The notes under the pieces: model-generated
Told to the model about the DNA's origin: nothing
The model's input: the letters and a program-made list of their open reading frames with translations, nothing else
Databases searched by the model: none
Program-made: the position numbers and the translations under genes
Origin: an uncultured Chloroflexia bacterium
GTDB taxonomy: Bacteria; Chloroflexota; UBA6077; JACCZL01
Direction: 5' to 3'
Assembly: GCA_963765765.1 (NCBI GenBank)
Contig: CAVXYC010000015.1
Coordinates: 704,001 to 768,000 of the forward strand
DNA: 64,000 nucleotides
Shown: positions 22,372 through 33,370 of the stretch, piece after piece
How positions within the stretch are numbered: position 1 is the stretch's first letter
How the letters are laid out: every line of letters begins with the position of its first letter

Positions 22372-22432
22372 GTGGGTAGTGACCAACGCCCACGGATATC
22401 GATTGTCACTCCGTCCCTCGATCAAGCGCGCA
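22372..22432 (+). pseudogene. N-terminal remnant of a GT2 glycosyltransferase
   Basis: GGAGGT RBS and GTG start reading GSDQRPRISIVTPSLDQA (cf. GT2 P.ISIVTPS.NQ); similarity then ends. Confidence 0.5.
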
Positions 22433-22624
22433 AGGGCGTGCCGGGCGATTTTGTGAGCACGCTGTTCGAGTGGCTTGGGTGGGCGGTGAAACGCTCGTCG
22501 AGACCGGGTGCGTCATGCCAATTCCACGCCGTTGCCCACCTGGTGGCCCAATTTGCCTCGAGGATTCACCGAGTAAGAGATTTCCGCTCGCGATCCCAGC
22601 ACGTCTATTCGGTGCCTTAGAATC

Positions 22625-24616
22625 ATGTCAATCATGTTGCAGGCGAGCGAAACGACGGATCGTGGGTACGACGTCATCGTTGTAGGAGCGGGCCATGCCG
22701 GTTGCGAGGCGGCCGTCGCCGCGGCGCGGATGGGTTTCCGGACGCTATTGGTCACCATGCAGCTTGACCACGTGGCGCTCATGCCTTGCAACCCGTCTGT
22801 GGGCGGCCCTGCCAAGGGCCATCTCGTGCGCGAGATCGATGCGCTGGGCGGCGTGATGGGTGAGATCACGGACGCCACGTTCATTCAGATTCGGATGCTC
22901 AACACCAGCAAAGGTCCCGCGGTGCGCGCATTGCGGGCCCAGTCTGACAAGCGGCGCTACGGACAAGCCATGCGTAGCTTGATTGAATCAGAGCCGCGCC
23001 TGGACTTGCTGGAGTCGATGGTGGACGACGTGCTCGTCACCGAGGCAGCCGGGCACAGGCGGCACGAGTCTATCGGGGAGCAACGCTGGGCGGTGAACGG
23101 CGTTCGGCTCGGGTCCGGGCGAGACGATCCGGGCGCCCGTGGTGATATTGACCACCGGGACCTCGCTGCGAGGAACCGTCCATGTGGGGGATGTGGCGAC
23201 CACTGCTGGACGGTCGGGAGAAGCCGCATCTCTGGAGCTGCCGCGGTCTCTGGATCAGCTCGGCTTCCGTCTAGGAAGGCTCAAGACTGGTACGCCGCCT
23301 CGCGTGCGGGCACGAACGATTGACTACGAGCGAACGTCGCTACAGCCGGGTAGCACTTCTGCCCTTGCACTTCAGTTACTGGAGCACAAGCGACGTTGAT
23401 CGCCAACCATTCCCTGATGCCTTGCCGGAGTACCCGGGTGTAGTGCGCGATGGGTGGCGTCCCACGATGCCGACGTATCTCGTCGCCACGAATGAGGAGA
23501 CTCACCGGATCATTCGAGCCAATCTCGATCGTGCGCCGATGTACAACGGGCAGATCGAGAGCAATGGCCCTCGCTACTGTCCGTCCATCGAGACAAAGAT
23601 CGTGCGCTTCGCGGACCGCACCTCGCATCAGATATTCCTGGAGCCGGAGGGCTGGGATACAGAGGAGGTCTACGTCCAGGGCATGAGCACCAGCCTGCCC
23701 GTGGAGGTGCAGGATGCCATGCTCCGGACCATCCCGGCCCTCGAGGACTGCGACATGATTCGCCCTGGCTATGCGATTGAGTACGACTTCCTGTTGCCCG
23801 GTCAGATCACGCCGTGGTTGGAAACGAGAAGTGTCAGCGGACTCTTCGCCGCGGGGCAGATCAATGGCACGACCGGATACGAGGAGGCCGCCGGGCAGGG
23901 CATCATCGCGGGGATCAATGCCGCGCTCTTCTTACGGGAGGAGCTTCCCTATGTACCTCGTCGCGACGAAGGCTATCTTGGCGTCATGCTGGATGATCTC
24001 ACCACTCAGCATCTGACCGAGCCTTACCGCATGTTCACGTCACGCGCGGAGTATCGACTACTTCTGCGCCATGACAACGCTGACGCGCGACTCAGCGCCT
24101 TCGGTCACCAGATCGGCTTGCTGAACGGCAGCTCGTTGGGAGAGCGTGCAGGCCCGAGCCAGTGCCATCGCGCGAGACGCATCAGACGTTGACTCGAACG
24201 ATGGTCGTTCCTGGAGGGAAAGTCGAGAGTCGCCTGACGAATAGTGAGCTGCCGCCAGTGAACCGTCCCACGCGAGGCATCGATTACTTACGACGTCCCG
24301 ACGTAAATGCTCAGGCAGTGCCGCTCATCCTCGATACGGAAGGTGAATGCGATGTCGCGGAGCGGGTTGAGATCGCGGCGAAATACGACGGTTATCTTGA
24401 CCGACAGCTTGCCGAGGCTGAACGGTTGCGTCGGCTGGAGGATCATAGCCTCCCCGCCGATATGGATTACGCAATCGGTTCCCGGCCTTCGCGCCGAAGC
24501 ACGCCTGAGGCTCTCGGAGCTGCGTCCCACAACGGTCGGTCAGGCATCCAGGATCTTTGGGGTCACGCCGGTCTGACGTCGGGATTCTTCTCGTTCAGGT
24601 CCGGGGTCGCGCCTAG
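22625..24616 (+). CDS. mnmG: tRNA uridine-5-carboxymethylaminomethyl(34) enzyme MnmG (several frameshifts)
   Basis: [75 protein letters not shown]. Confidence 0.95.
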
Positions 24617-25540
24617 GTGAGCCCGTCGATCGTCGTCGTTGGCGGGATCAATATGGACGTCACGGTCTGGGTTGAGCGACTGGCTCACCCGGGCGAGACC
24701 GTGCGCGGCGATCGTCTCATGTTTCACCCCGGAGGCAAAAGCGCGAATCAGGCTGTGGCAGCGGCTCGTGCGGGCGCCTCGGTCGCCCTCATTGGACGAG
24801 TTGGATCCGACGTCTTCGGCGATGAGCTACTCGCCGGGTTTCAGCGGGATGGAGTGGACGCTAGCTGCGTGACGCGCGACGATGAGGCACCCACGGGTGT
24901 CGCCCTGATCGGAGTCGATGCCGCGGGTCAGAACACGATCACGGTGGGAGCTGGCGCCAACGGGCGCGTCTCGTTCGACGACCTCGACCGTGCCAGTGAA
25001 TTGTTTGGAGGCGCGAAGTTCGGCCTCATCAATTTCGAGATCGCGATGCCGGTTGTCGTAGAAGCCGCGCGGCGATTCAGGGCCGCCGGTGCATGCGTGG
25101 TGCTCAATCTGTCTCCGATATACGCGTTATCCGCAGAGCTTCTGGAGCTCGTAGATCTGCTCATTGTCAATGAGATTGAAGCGGCTTCAGTTGTGGGCGA
25201 CTGCAATTCTTCGCTGGAGCAGCTGGAGCGCCTTTGCGCGCTTGGGATTCCGAAAGCCGTCATCACACTTGGACCGGATGGCGCGGTCTTTACTGACGGC
25301 GTCCGCAGTCGGGCTGTTGGTGGTTATTCAGTGACGTCAGTAGATCCCACCGCGGCCGGCGATGCGTTTCTCGGGACACTCGTGGCAAGTCTTGCATCGG
25401 GCGTGTCGATGTTCGACGGATGCTGCCGAGCCAATGCCGCCGGTGCATTGGCCGTGAGCCGCGCCGGTGCCCAGCCATCGATCCCCACACGAGCCGAGGT
25501 CGAGGCTGCGCTCGCGGAGTGGGGCGGCGTCAATGGCTGA
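24617..25540 (+). CDS. rbsK: Ribokinase (PfkB family)
   Basis: G.INMD, PGGKSANQAVAAAR.G, VNE.EA, DPTAAGDAF.G, GAQPSIP. Confidence 0.88.
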   Translation: MSPSIVVVGGINMDVTVWVERLAHPGETVRGDRLMFHPGGKSANQAVAAARAGASVALIGRVGSDVFGDELLAGFQRDGVDASCVTRDDEAPTGVALIGVDAAGQNTITVGAGANGRVSFDDLDRASELFGGAKFGLINFEIAMPVVVEAARRFRAAGACVVLNLSPIYALSAELLELVDLLIVNEIEAASVVGDCNSSLEQLERLCALGIPKAVITLGPDGAVFTDGVRSRAVGGYSVTSVDPTAAGDAFLGTLVASLASGVSMFDGCCRANAAGALAVSRAGAQPSIPTRAEVEAALAEWGGVNG

Positions 25541-26478
25541 GCGGATCATTATCGATACCGACCCAGGAGTCGACGATGCGCTCGCGATTCTCATGGCGCT
25601 TGGCTCCCCGGAGCTGGAGGTTGAGGCTCTCACAACGGTGTTCGGCAACGTGGACATTGTGAACACCACGCGAAACGCATCGATCATTCTGGAGGTTGCT
25701 GGAAATTCGCGGATTCCGGTCTACTCGGGCGCTGCGCAGCCCGTGACTCGTGACGGCGGAGCCTTCGCCGGGTACGTACATGGCAAGAGCGGCCTCGGAA
25801 ATGCGGCCTTTGACGACCCGAGAGGCACTACCCGAAAGCGAACAGGCGGCGGCGTTTCTTGCTCGCAGACTCGTGGAGCCTGGTGCCCCCAGCACACTCG
25901 TAACGCTTGGCCCATTAACCAACATCGCTCAAGCGCTCAGACTCAATCCGGGAGATTGCTGGAGCTGTGAAACGGGTGGTATGTATGGGGGGCGCGGTAT
26001 GGGTGCCGGGCAATGCCTCCGTCGTTGCTGAGTCCAACATTCTCAAAGATCCAGAGGCGGCGGATGAGGTCTTTGGCGTCCGGATTACCGATTGTCCTTG
26101 TTCCGCTCGATGTCACCATGCGAACGTTACTGCTGCGATCGCGTCTGGAAGAGACGGTGGAGCGGTCAGGCAGGCTGGGAGAGTTCATTCGAGCGATTAC
26201 CCCGACCGTATTTCGAGTGGTACCAGCGACGTTACGGACTCGAGGGATTTGCGCTCCACGATCCGTGTACCATCGCGTATCTGATCAATCCCACACTCTT
26301 TCAAAGTCAGTCGATGGCAATGGCAGTGGAAACGGGCGGCGTGTACTGCACCGGCCGAGTCGTGCCCGACCCGTTGGGCCGTCTGGGCCGAGCCGCCAAT
26401 GTCCAGGCTTGTCTCGATGTGGATGTCGAAGGACTGGTGGAGTGTGTATTGGAGAACCTAGCCCATGCCGGACGGTGA
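25533..26478 (+). CDS. Nucleoside hydrolase (IUNH family; frameshifted)
   Basis: IIDTDPGVDDA, TTVFGN, HG.SGLG, GPLTNIA, MGG, AE.N..DPEAA, LHDP across frames. Confidence 0.9.
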
Positions 26479-27096
26479 AGCCCCTTCGTTCATCGACTCC
26501 GTCGAGCGCGGGACGCTATTCGCGTTCGATCTGAGTCAGCCCGTTGAGCCGCTGCCCGTAGCGGACGGCGTGTTCATTCGCGCAGACGAAGAGCATCTCA
26601 ACCGGATCGAGCATGCGATGCACGCGTCCGGGGAGTATCCCCCAGGAGATCCGAAGCGACGGTGGCGACGCGGTCGAATCCCTTACGTGGCCATGGTCGG
26701 AACCGAAGTCGCTTCATACGGCTGGGTCACGTCCGAGCCCGAGCCAATGGACGATCTGGGTGTTTCTTTCACAGCGCCGCCCGGCGAAGTGCTGGCTCTA
26801 TGACTTCGCGACCGTTCCTGAATTTCGTGGGCGACGACTCTATCCTGGCTTGCTGCGATTCATCTTGAGCCAGCTCAAGGAGCAGGGAGTGAAGCGAGCC
26901 TGGATTGGAACCGAGCCAGGAAACGTGGCGTCTCAGCACGGCATCCAGCGCGCGGGATTCACGCTGGTCGTCGAATCTAAATTCGTCGGACGGCCTGGAC
27001 AGGGGCACTTCGAGGTGTATCCCTGCGAAGGTGTTCCAGATGAGCTCACTCAAGCAGCGGTCCGCACTGTGCACGGGCGGATCGTCGAGAGCGTAG
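26465..27096 (+). CDS. GNAT-family N-acetyltransferase (frameshift near 26790; 3' end uncertain)
   Basis: LYDFATVPEFRGRRLY and N.AS..GI.RAGF motifs. Confidence 0.7.
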
Positions 27097-27113
27097 TCGC
27101 CCTCGGAGCGCTA

Positions 27114-27988
27114 TCAGGCGCCGCCGTATTTCTCGGCTCGTGCAAGCATGTCCGGGAGACCCACGATCGCGTTCAGGCTCATCAGGTCTTCCATCTGATT
27201 TGTGAGCGCCGCGGTGGAGCCATCACGCTTCAAGACCTGGAGCGCGTCGGCCGCGGCGCGAGCGATAACACGCGTGAGAGCATTTGCGTAGATGGCTACG
27301 CGATAGCCAATCTCCTCGAGCTCATTTGCGGGCAGGATGGGCGTCTTGCCGCCTTCAACAAGGTTTGCCAGGCACGGCTTACCGATTGCACGGTTGACCT
27401 TTCGCATTTCGTCCACGGTGCGCGGGTGCTTCCACGAAGATGATGTCCGCGCCCGCCTCGGCGTACCGCTGGCCGCGCTCGATGGCTTCGTCGATTCCGA
27501 AGATTGCGCGCAGCATCGGTCCGCGCCACGATTGCCATGTCCGGGTCGGTCCGAGCGTCTACCGCGGCGTGCAGCTTGCCCAGCATCTCCTCGGCGCTGG
27601 TTACGTCCTTGCCGTCCAGGTGGCCGCAGCGTTCGGGAACGTCTGGTCCTCGAGCTGAATGGCGGAGACACCCGGCACGCTCATAGGCGCGAACGGTGCG
27701 CTGAACGTTGAGGGCATTGCCGTAGCCGGTATCGGCGTCGGCGATGATCGGTATCGAGACGACGTCGGCCAGATACGCAACCTTGTCGGCCATCTCCTTC
27801 ATCGAGACCAGGCCCAGATCTGGCTCGCCCAGCAGCGTATGGGCCACGCCCGAGCCGGTCATGTAGATCGACGGAAAGCCGGCCCGCTCGATGATACGCG
27901 CCAGCAGTGCGTCGTACGCGCCGGGCGCCATGATGATGCGCTCTCCCGCTAGAAGCTTGCGGAGCTGTTTCCGTGGTGCGAGGGTCAT
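27114..27988 (-). CDS. Isocitrate lyase/PEP mutase family protein (multiple frameshifts)
   Basis: [39 protein letters not shown]. Confidence 0.85.
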
Positions 27989-28038
27989 GGTGCCTCCAGC
28001 TGGGTGGTAAACGAACAATACATCGAGACCGCGCCCTG

Positions 28039-28250
28039 CTAGGCCATGTCTGTCCCGCCGTTCACGGCGATGAGCTGGCCGGTGATGCACTCGGCGGCGA
28101 CTGAACACAGGAATGCAATCGCACCGGCGATGTCCACCGGCTGAGCGATGCGCCCCAGCGGGACTCGGCTGGCGCGTGCATACAGCTCCTCCTCGGTCAT
28201 GCCCTGACCGCGTTCGCGGTGATGCCCAGGGGCGCGAGCGAGCATACCGC
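28039..28250 (-). pseudogene. C-terminal remnant of an SDR oxidoreductase
   Basis: VPLGRIAQP.DIA.A..FL.S..A..ITGQ.I.VNGG; no Rossmann N-terminus upstream. Confidence 0.65.
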
Positions 28251-28393
28251 GGTAAGAGTCCCAGTCTAACGAGACCAGTTCTCCGTGCGACATGTGGTCG
28301 TTCGGGATGATCAACTTCCCCAATCGCGTGCCAGATCGATCCAAAGCGGATTCAATTCCTGGATCAGGGCTACTTTCTTCGATCTAGGCCGCC

Positions 28394-28573
28394 CTACAGT
28401 GCCTTTTCGCGCTGCAGGGCGGCCCAGACATCATTCGTGTCCTCGTAATACACCAGCCGCGTGATGTTGTAGCGAGCGGTGAAGCCAGGCGTCTTCCGCA
28501 CCTTATGCCCCGCGACGCGACGCTCAAGATTGTTTGTCACTCCTATGTACAGGTACCGGATCGATTGGCCATG
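28394..28573 (-). pseudogene. Truncated small GIY-YIG nuclease
   Basis: YLYIGVTNNLERRV..H.....GFTARY.ITRLVYYE......A.QREK; lacks the first Y-x-Y strand and the C-terminal W.R.KK part. Confidence 0.8.
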
Positions 28574-28657
28574 ATCTAGACGAAGTAGGCGCGATCTGGC
28601 ATGCCTCAGGCGCTGCCCCCTATTGTCGCATGTGCTCAACGGTATACCCATTAGCTG

Positions 28658-28783
28658 CCCTGTCATGCTGAGGAACGAAGCATCTTCCGGACGTGACGAT
28701 CAAGTGAATAGAAACACCCTCCGGGGCCACCCCTTCTGGTTTGTCACGTCCGGGAGATGCTTCGTTCCTCGAGCATGACAGGG
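28658..28783. repeat. ~42-bp inverted repeat (TGTCATGCT..GAAGCATCT type) upstream of the GIY-YIG gene
   Basis: CCCTGTCATGCTGAGGAACGAAGCATCTTCCGGACGTGACGA and its reverse complement with 1 indel and 2 mismatches; ~41-nt spacer. Confidence 0.85.
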
Positions 28784-28968
28784 AGCAGCGCGGGAACACG
28801 AGAGTTCGGGGCCAGGCGTCCTGTATCTTGACGCCTGTCCCACCGGCAATGTCCAGGCCCGCGTTGCCAGAGTTCGGGCTACACCCCCCGACAGCTTGGA
28901 TTCGTTGACACTGGTTTGCACCGGGTTCAGAATGGTGACCGTCCATCCGGCTTTGGAGGTGCGCTCCG

Positions 28969-30210
28969 ATGCGCCTGGTCGTTTCTCTCTGGCTGCTCGG
29001 TTGTCTCTTGTTGATGGCGTGTCAACCTGCCGCGCCGTCACCTACACCGAAGCCGCGCTGACGCCGGCGCGGCGCCGGCCAAGCCGGCTCTAGTCGCCGG
29101 CAGCCAAGCCGGCCGGATCTCCTGACGCCAAGCCCGCCGCCAGCCCCGCAGCGTCTCCCGGCCGCGCGCGGCTCCGCCGGCTGAGGCGGCCGCCGCCGGT
29201 TGTCAGTGTGGACGTCGAAGACGCCGCGCGCTACTTCAACGGCAAGACCATTACCGTCACCGTCGGATTTGCGCCCGGTGGGGGCTATGACACGTTTGCT
29301 CGGATCATGTCCGCTTACTGGCCGAACCACATTCCCGGGTAACCCCAAGATGGTAGTTACAAACCTGCCCGGTGCAGGCTCCCTCACTGCCTGGCAGAAC
29401 GTAATGCACAAAGCCCCTGGGACCGGGCTTGATATCGCGGTGTTCAGCGGGGGGCTGCTGACCCAGGCAGTCCTCGGGGAGAAGCTCGAAGCGTTCGATC
29501 CGGAGCTACCGATCTACCTCGGCGCGCCCGATTTTGCGCTACGCCGATCTACTCTGTGCGTCCGAACCGACACGGCCAACAGCCTGGATTCCTTCTTGAA
29601 GCTCAACAAGAAGACGCGAATCGCGGAGGCTTCTCCAGGCGACTGGGCCGGGCGCTTTCAAGAAGTGGCTGGAGCTTATCGGGCTACCTGTCCAGGCGGT
29701 CTACGGTTACGGTGGCACCTCCGACTCAATGCGGCGTTCGACAAAGGCGAGCTCGATCTCACTGACCGCTGTGACGACGCGAATCTCGCCACCTTCCCCG
29801 CACTGGATCTCGCAGAACATGGCCACGCCACTTTTCTATCTGGAGCGGCGGACCGGACTTCATCGCGCCGTTCCTGGCACAGGGGAAGTATCCCTGGTAT
29901 GGCTACATTTTCGACGTCATCCAGTGTAACCCTGGATCAGCGCATGGCGTTTGATATGAACAACCGCCTGTCCACAGGCGAGCGGCTCTTTGCGCTGCCT
30001 CCGAAGACGCCTGATAACGTCGCCAACGCCCTGACCAAGAGCTTTTACGACACCGTCGCTGATCCTGAGTTCAGGAATGCGGCCGTGGCACGCAACTACG
30101 ATGTGGGCCTGAAGACAGGCGAGACCCTCCGCCAGCTCATTGCGGAGGTGAACACGCTCAATCCTGAAGTGCAGTCACTGCTGCAGCAGATGTACGCGAT
30201 CAATAAGTGA
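28969..30210 (+). CDS. Tripartite tricarboxylate transporter substrate-binding (Bug/TctC-like) lipoprotein, heavily frameshifted
   Basis: GGAGGT RBS; MRLVVSLWLLGCLLLMAC lipobox; Pro/Ala linker; YF.GKTI...VGFAPGGGYD..AR, IPGNP..VV.N.PGAG, PP.TP, DPEF. Confidence 0.75.
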
Positions 30211-30247
30211 CGCACGGCGACGTGATTCGACCAGGTCGGGGCACCAG

Positions 30248-30758
30248 ATGAACCTCGAGAATCAGCGTCATCCATTCTGGCCCATGCCAGAAAGGCCGCC
30301 CATTCGCTGGCCGAATGACGGTCCGGATCGCGCTGTGGGATCATTCCGAACATTGAGCACTTCCGATTTGGACTTCCGTTTGCTGGCGCGCCCGTTGCTG
30401 CCCGATATTCCGGGTTTCGCGGGTCGCGACTACGGTCCACGGGCGGACATCTGGCGGATGATGGAGATCCTGGACAAGTACGAAATTCGACCCACGGTGG
30501 CCCTGAACTCTGACGTTTGCCGCTTCTACCCCGATATCATCCGTGCTGCCCAGAGCGCGATGGGAATGGATGGGACATGGTGCCGAGTCATTGGCGATCG
30601 CGCTGCATCCCTACCTTACGGGGCATCCGTTCCAAGCTCGATGGCTGGATCGGACGCTCGACTACATCAGCGGCCATCCGCACGTCTAGCATGCCACGGG
30701 CAGCGAGATTGCTGATTGGTATTACGCGCACTACTATGAAGGTGCTCAAGCGGAATAG
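30248..30758 (+). pseudogene. Polysaccharide deacetylase (PuuE-like) pseudogene
   Basis: RP...WPN, DYGPR..IWR...LD, TVALNS..C..YP, then a jump to IALHPYLTGHPF. The middle is deleted and there is an in-frame TAG where a conserved W is expected (~30688). Confidence 0.7.
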
Positions 30759-30790
30759 TGATTTACCCGATGCTCTTGGAGGTGACGGCC

Positions 30791-32118
30791 ATGCTGAGTA
30801 GGGAAAACAACGAGACCCTCTGCCGCGTTGGGCCCGGCACCCCGATGGGCGCGTTGCTGCGCCGTTACTGGCTGCCGCTGCTGCTTTCATCGGAGCTGCC
30901 TGAACGCGGATGGCCCGCCCTTGCGGGTACGCCATCTAAGCGAATCGCTCATCGCGTTTCGAGACAGTGATGGGCAAGTCGGTCTAGTAAGCGAGAACTG
31001 CCCGCATCGTGGCGCCTCGATGTTCTTTGGCCGCAATGAGGAATCAGGCCTCCGTTGCGTGTATCACGGTTGGAAGTTCGATACGTCGGGCGCGTGCGTG
31101 GATATGCCGAATGAGCCGCCGGAGAGCAATTTCAAGCACAAGGTCAGAATAAACGCGTATTTGTGCAAAGAGCGGAACGGCATCATCTGGGCGTATCTTG
31201 GGCCTGCTGGCGAAGAGCCGCCGCTTCCCGAGATCGAATGGGCGGTGCTACCTGAGAGCCAACGGTACATCTCCAAGCGGGTCCAGGAGTGCAACTGGGT
31301 CCAGGGTTTTGAAGGCGGCATCGATTCGAGCCATTCCGCCTTTCTGCATGCGCGCCTCGACACGTTGGCCATTAGCGGCGTTCGCCGTCCCACACAGGGG
31401 CCCGGAATACGAGCCAGAGACAAGCATCCGCGTTTCGAGACGGTGGACACCGAAGCGGGAGTGTTGATCGCGGCGCGGCGCAATGCCGATGAGGACCAGT
31501 ATTACTGGCGAATCACGCCGTTCCTTCTGCCCTGCTACAACATCATCCCGCCATATGGAGAAAGTCCAACGGTCGGCGGTCTTGGCTGGGTGCCCATGGA
31601 TGATGAGACCACAATGGTCTGGAGCTTCACCTGGCATCCCACTCGGGATCTCACGGAGGCGGAGCTGGATCAGATGCGGTCCTATCCTGGAGGAGGGATC
31701 CACGTTGGTCGAGAAGGCCTTTTGCCTGCGACCACCGCGCCGGGCGGCAACTGGCGAACACGGGCGAATCGACATAACAACTACGAGATCGATTACGGGG
31801 CGCAGCGCTCCACGCACTTCTTTGGGGTGTTGAACCTTTCGCTTCAGGACCAGGCAGTCCAGGAGAGCATGGGGCGAGTGCTCGATCGTCGTCGCGAGCA
31901 TCTGGGAACCAGCGACACCGGCATCATTGCCGTACGTCGTCGCTTACTGCGGGCAGTCAAGGAGCTCCAGGAAGGAACATCCACGTGCAATTGGCCTGAC
32001 GCCTGAACAGCAGCGCGTACGGTCCGCTGCGATGGTGCTGCCCAAGTCAGAATCGTGGATGCGAGCCCTGCGCGAGCATCTGACAGTGCGCGAGGGAGTC
32101 GACTACACGGCCGTGTAA
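30791..32118 (+). CDS. Rieske non-heme iron oxygenase, phthalate 4,5-dioxygenase-like (frameshifts near 30910 and 31985)
   Basis: L.RVGPGTPMG.LLRRYW.P, CPHRGAS..FGRNEE.GLRC.YHGWKFD, EGGIDSSH..FLH, QD.AVQESMG, EHLG.SD. Confidence 0.9.
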
Positions 32119-32206
32119 GTCAGACTCGGCCGCACGCGAAGCGTTTCCGTCATTCCCTGGTGGCGTTGGGCTACACTGAACTAGAGAGTGTCATCAGGGA
32201 GACGGC

Positions 32207-33127
32207 ATGTCGTCGCTTCAATACGTTAGTCGGCCGGAGCTGCGTCAGCCATCGATGGTCGTCGCATTTAGCGGCTGGCCGGATGCCGGGGAAGCGTCAT
32301 CGATTGCGATGCGAGCGCTGGTGAGCGCGCTGGATGCGGAAAAGGTCGCCGAGATCGATTGCGATCCGTTTTACGTATTCACCGAGGCGAGACCGGTCAC
32401 CAGTCAGCCGGAACCCGGCGAACGCGTGCTCATCTGGCCGACCAGCGAGTTCTATACCTGGCGGGATCCTGACGAAGAGCGAGATCTGGTTCTGCTTCAA
32501 GCGCGTGAGCCAAACATTCGCTGGAAGGAATATGTCGATCTGGTTCTGCAGGTGGCGCAGGATTTCAGCGTCACTCGCATGATCGGCCTGGGAAGCAATT
32601 ACGATGCAGTCTCGCACCGTCGCCCGGTGAAGCTCAGCGGCCGTGGAACAACTCCGGAGATCTCCGAGGCGCTCTCATCGATCGGGGTGAAAGAGACCAG
32701 TTATCAAGGACCCAGCAGCATTCAATCCGCGTTGCTCGACGCCTGCCGACTCCGCGGGTTACCCGCCGGAACGATGTTTGGTCACGCGCCTCACTACGTG
32801 CAATCACTGCCCAATGTGCAGGTCAGCTACAGCATGCTACGTAAGCTGGGAGCGCTTCTGGGCATCCGCTTTGAGCTGGATGATCTAAGTCACGCTGCTA
32901 CCGAGCTCCAGAGTCGGATCGAAGCGGCCGTGGCAGAGAACGACGAGCTGGTAACTTATCTGCAACAGCTCGAGTCGACAAGCAGTGAGCTAGAGAGCGC
33001 TGAAGCCGAAGTAGAAGACCAGGCGCCGGTAGGCGATCCCCCGAACGCCGCGGCTGTGCTCGAGGAGCTCGAGGAGTTCCTGCGTGACTATCAGGAACGC
33101 CAGCGCCAGGACGATAAGGACCGGTAG
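32207..33127 (+). CDS. PAC2 (proteasome assembly chaperone) family protein
   Basis: AFSGW.DAGEA, Y.F...RP, EP...W, H.RP, Y.GP, PHY, Y...LE, E.E.FLR. Confidence 0.85.
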   Translation: MSSLQYVSRPELRQPSMVVAFSGWPDAGEASSIAMRALVSALDAEKVAEIDCDPFYVFTEARPVTSQPEPGERVLIWPTSEFYTWRDPDEERDLVLLQAREPNIRWKEYVDLVLQVAQDFSVTRMIGLGSNYDAVSHRRPVKLSGRGTTPEISEALSSIGVKETSYQGPSSIQSALLDACRLRGLPAGTMFGHAPHYVQSLPNVQVSYSMLRKLGALLGIRFELDDLSHAATELQSRIEAAVAENDELVTYLQQLESTSSELESAEAEVEDQAPVGDPPNAAAVLEELEEFLRDYQERQRQDDKDR

Positions 33128-33170
33128 AGACCTGTACCGCGTCAGGGTATTAGGGTGCTAGCCCGACCAC

Positions 33171-33343
33171 TTAGTGAGCGCTTTCTCGCGATCTGGCCCG
33201 GCGTAAGCCGAGCGATGCGGCTGGGGAATGCTCACTGAGACTCAGGCAATGCTCGGGATCTTCGTTGCAACGACGAGCTCTTGGGCCGCATCGCTCCGCT
33301 CGCTCAGAGCGACTCGCCGAAAAAGCGCTGAAGCACTCACTAC
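33171..33343. repeat. REPIN-like element, family B (GTAGTGAGYGCTT), between convergent genes
   Basis: TTAGTGAGCGCTTT ... AAAGCGCTGAAGCACTCACTAC with an internal 12-bp IR (33210-33221/33285-33296); a related half lies at 46021-46039. Confidence 0.55.
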
Positions 33344-33370
33344 GTGCCTGGGCACTCCGACAGCGAGCGA

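Noticed and set aside
32207-33127. Pup-proteasome locus around the PAC2 gene
   Set aside because: No prcAB, pup, pafA or arc nearby; stand-alone PAC2 genes are common.
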